Source: the human T2T-CHM13v2.0 reference genome, Homo sapiens
Length of the DNA stretch: 64,000 nt
Reading direction: 5' to 3' (one strand)
Assembly: GCF_009914755.1 (NCBI RefSeq)
Contig: NC_060925.1
Shown here piece after piece: positions 60,181 through 64,000 of this stretch. Numbering within the stretch: the first letter of the stretch is position 1; the number at the start of each line of letters is the position of its first letter. The notes beneath the pieces were generated by a model. That model did not search any database, was not told where the DNA came from, and worked only from the letters and a program-made list of their open reading frames with translations. Position numbers and translations under genes: made by a program.

Positions 60181-60349
60181 GGCTTAGAACACATCCCACC
60201 TTGTTCCCTGCTTCCCTCTTGAAGGTTTCACCTGTTGGAACCTGGTTTCTATAGCCCTGCCTTCCACTCCAATTCCATAGATTAAATAAGGTCCCTCTCG
60301 CATGCTAATGTATGTTAATCATGAATAAGAAAAGCCAGGTTCCTTTTTT

Positions 60350-61090
60350 TCTCTTTTGCTTTTCACTTACTTTTTAACTGTACCAGTAATACATGAATAT
60401 ATCTGGAGTATTTCAGCCAACCCAAACATCATATCATTTAATCTACGAGTTCTTTTTTATCTATCTTTAACATAAAGACTCTAAAAAACCACACACACAA
60501 TACCATTATTATTCTCAACAAAGCTAATAATAATTCCTTTATGTTGTTTAATATCTAGTCTATATTCAATTTTAAATGATTGTCCCAAAAATGTCTTTTT
60601 ATAGTTAATTTGTTTAAATCAAGATCTAAATCATAGCTACACATTGCATTTGATTGATTTGACTTTTAAATCTCTTTTAATCTCTAACGGTTTCTCTTAT
60701 TTCTTTCTTTTGTTATTTCATTCAATTTATTTGTTGAAAAAACTAGGTTATTTGCCCTGTAGAATTTCTCTCATTCTGAATTTGCCTGATTGTATCCACA
60801 TGGTGTCATTTAACATGTTCCTTTATTCCCTGTATTTACTGTAAATGAGTAGTTAAATCCAGAGACTTAACTAGATTCTGTACCTTTTTTTTTTACAGTA
60901 ATACACTAAATGGTATGCTCTAAAGCTGTGTGCTTTGTATCTCCATCACATTGCAGGGAACACTATTACTGGTTGTTTCACTTTTAGAGATATTGGAATT
61001 GATCATTGGGTTCTGATGCCATTTAGCTGAACCATGTATTATAAAGTCTTCCATCAACCTTTCACTTAGTGGTTTTAGATGTCATGGATA
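60350..61090 (-). mobile_element. Old L1MC/ME 3' region
   Basis: Typical L1MC/ME 3'-end antisense motifs (cacaataccattat, gaaaaaactaggttatttgccctgtagaatt). Confidence 0.6.
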
Positions 61091-62167
61091 ACCCTTGTTT
61101 GCACTCTTGAAAGTGTTTCTCTGGCATGCTGTGCTTCCCTAGTACCACAGTTTATTCCTTAATTTTCTCTACTTGATGGTAAATTCCCTCAAGGCAGGTT
61201 CATATCTCTTCCTGTCTTCAGCACCTAACCCGATATCTGGCATATAGTTGGTATTCGATAATTATTGAATGAATGAATTCTGCCCCTAACATCTCCTGAA
61301 ACCAATGGATGCATGCCATAAATTGGCTCTTAGGTTACATATGTCTAGGGTGTTTCAGGGGATTTTAAAGCCCTGCTAATATCAAAGGCATTCCTTCTAG
61401 AAATTCTGCCACCCTATTGGACTCAGTATGGGCCTCAGAAACAAGGTAGTATTTTAGCCATGACTGGGTTTCCCAAGTCCATGGTGCCACAGAGGAGATA
61501 AGGAGAGAAAAGGAAGGGATACTTTTATAGAGCCTTTCCCAGTTGTTGAATTAAGAAAACACATCTCAGGGTCAGACACATGGTCACTGGCAGAGACTCA
61601 CTGAGGATACAGATAAGCACATACTTTGGGAATGAAGCAAGGAGATACTCCAGGTAACAATGTTTTGTATAACAGTTGGCTGACTTGAACCCTGATATCT
61701 CATTTCAGAGTGGAGGGGTCACTGATGCTTGCACTGAACTTTGTCCTCTCTTCCAGAAGTCTTTGAATCTAACTAGGACTTTAAAAGGCCCTTACGTGGA
61801 ACTATTCCACTAATGGGATGGTAGATGGCCTCTGAACTTCTTTAGTACAATAGTGACAGGGGAGAAAGGGGGTGGTTGCTCGAATAGCCTAGCTAAGATC
61901 TTAGCTTTTGTAAACTGAAGGCTTAAGGACATCATGCCCAGTAGGGGGAGCCCTTATCAACAAAGATACCTGTGGGATGTTGGAATGAACAGGAAATGCT
62001 AGGAGGGTTTGCTGAGGTCCTGAAGACACCCTTAAAACAAATATGTAAGATTAAAAGGAAACTGCTAACTTTCCAAGTTCCAAATTCTACCAACTTTGTT
62101 GTCTTCCCTATTATTCCCATTGCTAATGTGAGCCTACACACTGATACCCAAGCCTAAACTGTAAAAC

Positions 62168-62345
62168 AGTGGTTCTTACCTGGAGGCAATTTTGCTCCCA
62201 ACTATCCCCTAACCCCCAACCCCCTACCCCTTATTCTCAGGACACATTTATCAGTGTCTGGAGACATTGCTGGTGATCAGACACCTGCACAACAAAGAAT
62301 TATCTGGCCCAAAATGTCAATAGTGCTGAGGTTAATAAATCCTGC
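62168..62345 (+). mobile_element. MER20
   Basis: cagtggttctt...gcaattttgc...acaacaaagaattatctggcccaaaatgtcaatagtgctgaggtt. Confidence 0.8.
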
Positions 62346-62522
62346 CTTAAAACAATATTTTATTTGTTTGCAAGTTACAATGATATTGAATTGTACAAAC
62401 TCTCCAACTCTTAGTTTCTCATCATTCTTCTGTCTTTCATCTGAATTCCTAAAATCACACTCTCAAATTTCTTGAACTCTTCATTCAGAGTTATCCTGTA
62501 AATAGTTACGTAATATCCTTGA

Positions 62523-63046
<524 letters not shown>

Positions 63047-64000
63047 GATCCTACTTTCTACTTACGTATCTAAATTTTGTTATATATGGACCTCCACCTC
63101 TTACAAGACATGAAACAGCTCATAAGTTTGAAATCATAGTTTTAAAAAGCTATGTACTCTTCCCATGAAAGCCTCCAAACTGTTAAGGCAAAGCTTCAGA
63201 TTCAAGTTTCTTTTGGTTTCTCTTCACTCCAGCATGTGATCTGGAAATTATTTCTTCCTATAGATGGTAGTGGAAGAGGAGGTGGTAGTAGAAGGCACAC
63301 TTCCCTCTCTATATTATTTCCTTAAAATTACTGCATTTTCTTCCTCAGGATCCTGGTCAGACATGGACTGTTAGATCTTAAAGGGACCTTACCAGCCTGT
63401 GGTGAATATAGCAAACTGCTTGACTCAACCTCCACCCTGTCACCTCCTGGTCTGCTTCCTGTACTGTGAGTGCTGGAAAGTTCAACATTTCATTTCTCAA
63501 GCTTTCCTTGCAAGCAAGGTCTTACATACACTTAGGTTCTGCCATTTACATGCACAAGTGAGATTTGAATAGTGGAAGCAAGGCAGAGGCTGCCTTCCTG
63601 TCCCATTTGCTGTTGTTGCTGGTAAGCAAGATTGAGGACAGAGGGCATGTACTGTGGTAGTGTCTGTCCCTAGCTTCCTGGCATCAAGAGGTGGTGGAGG
63701 CAGCAGAGGATGTGGATCCTTGGGTAGCAGGCATGGCGGCGTGTCTTTGAACTCAGCAGTTCCAGTAGTGGCTTTCTGGAGGCCCATCCTAGAATCCCGT
63801 CCTCCCACCCTTTCAATCACTTTGTATTACTTCATTTTCTGTATTGCATTTCTGTGTGCTTATAATAACCAACTTTCTGTATTCTGCATAGAACACTGCC
63901 TCTACGAGGTCATAAACAATGAAGAAATTCCTGTCTTGCTTGCCACTAACCTAGGTGCAGAACTGAGGGCCCCAACAGTAGTGGAGAGTGGGAGATAATG

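Overview
This is mammalian (human or great-ape) genomic DNA, not prokaryotic. The only protein-coding sequence I can support is exon 1 of cardiac calsequestrin (CASQ2) on the minus strand: CDS 22527->22294, 78 codons, with a canonical GAG|GTAAGT donor. It carries the Ala66 allele. Positions 1-22293 are CASQ2 intron 1, and exon 2 lies outside the window. Positions ~22800-23130 hold a muscle-type proximal promoter (MEF2, E-box and CArG-like sites). Positions ~23100-64000 are upstream intergenic DNA. Much of the window is transposable-element relic: Alu/FAM, L1PA and old L1M, L2, MIR, CR1/L3, MaLR and ERV1 solo LTRs, hAT and Tigger DNA transposons. Almost all other ORFs in the track derive from these repeats or are chance ORFs. 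I found no multi-gene novel system. The best candidates for undescribed biology are: (1) a microsatellite inside the only upstream-AUG ORF of the CASQ2 5' region, whose length would decide whether that uORF stops early or overlaps the CASQ2 start, together with a hairpin over the start codon; (2) a 353-nt pure-purine GAA/G-rich tract in intron 1; (3) clear retrotransposition signatures, namely a twin-primed L1 inversion and a young L1 with a 38-nt 3' transduction. Repeat subfamily names and boundaries of old repeats were assigned by eye and are approximate.
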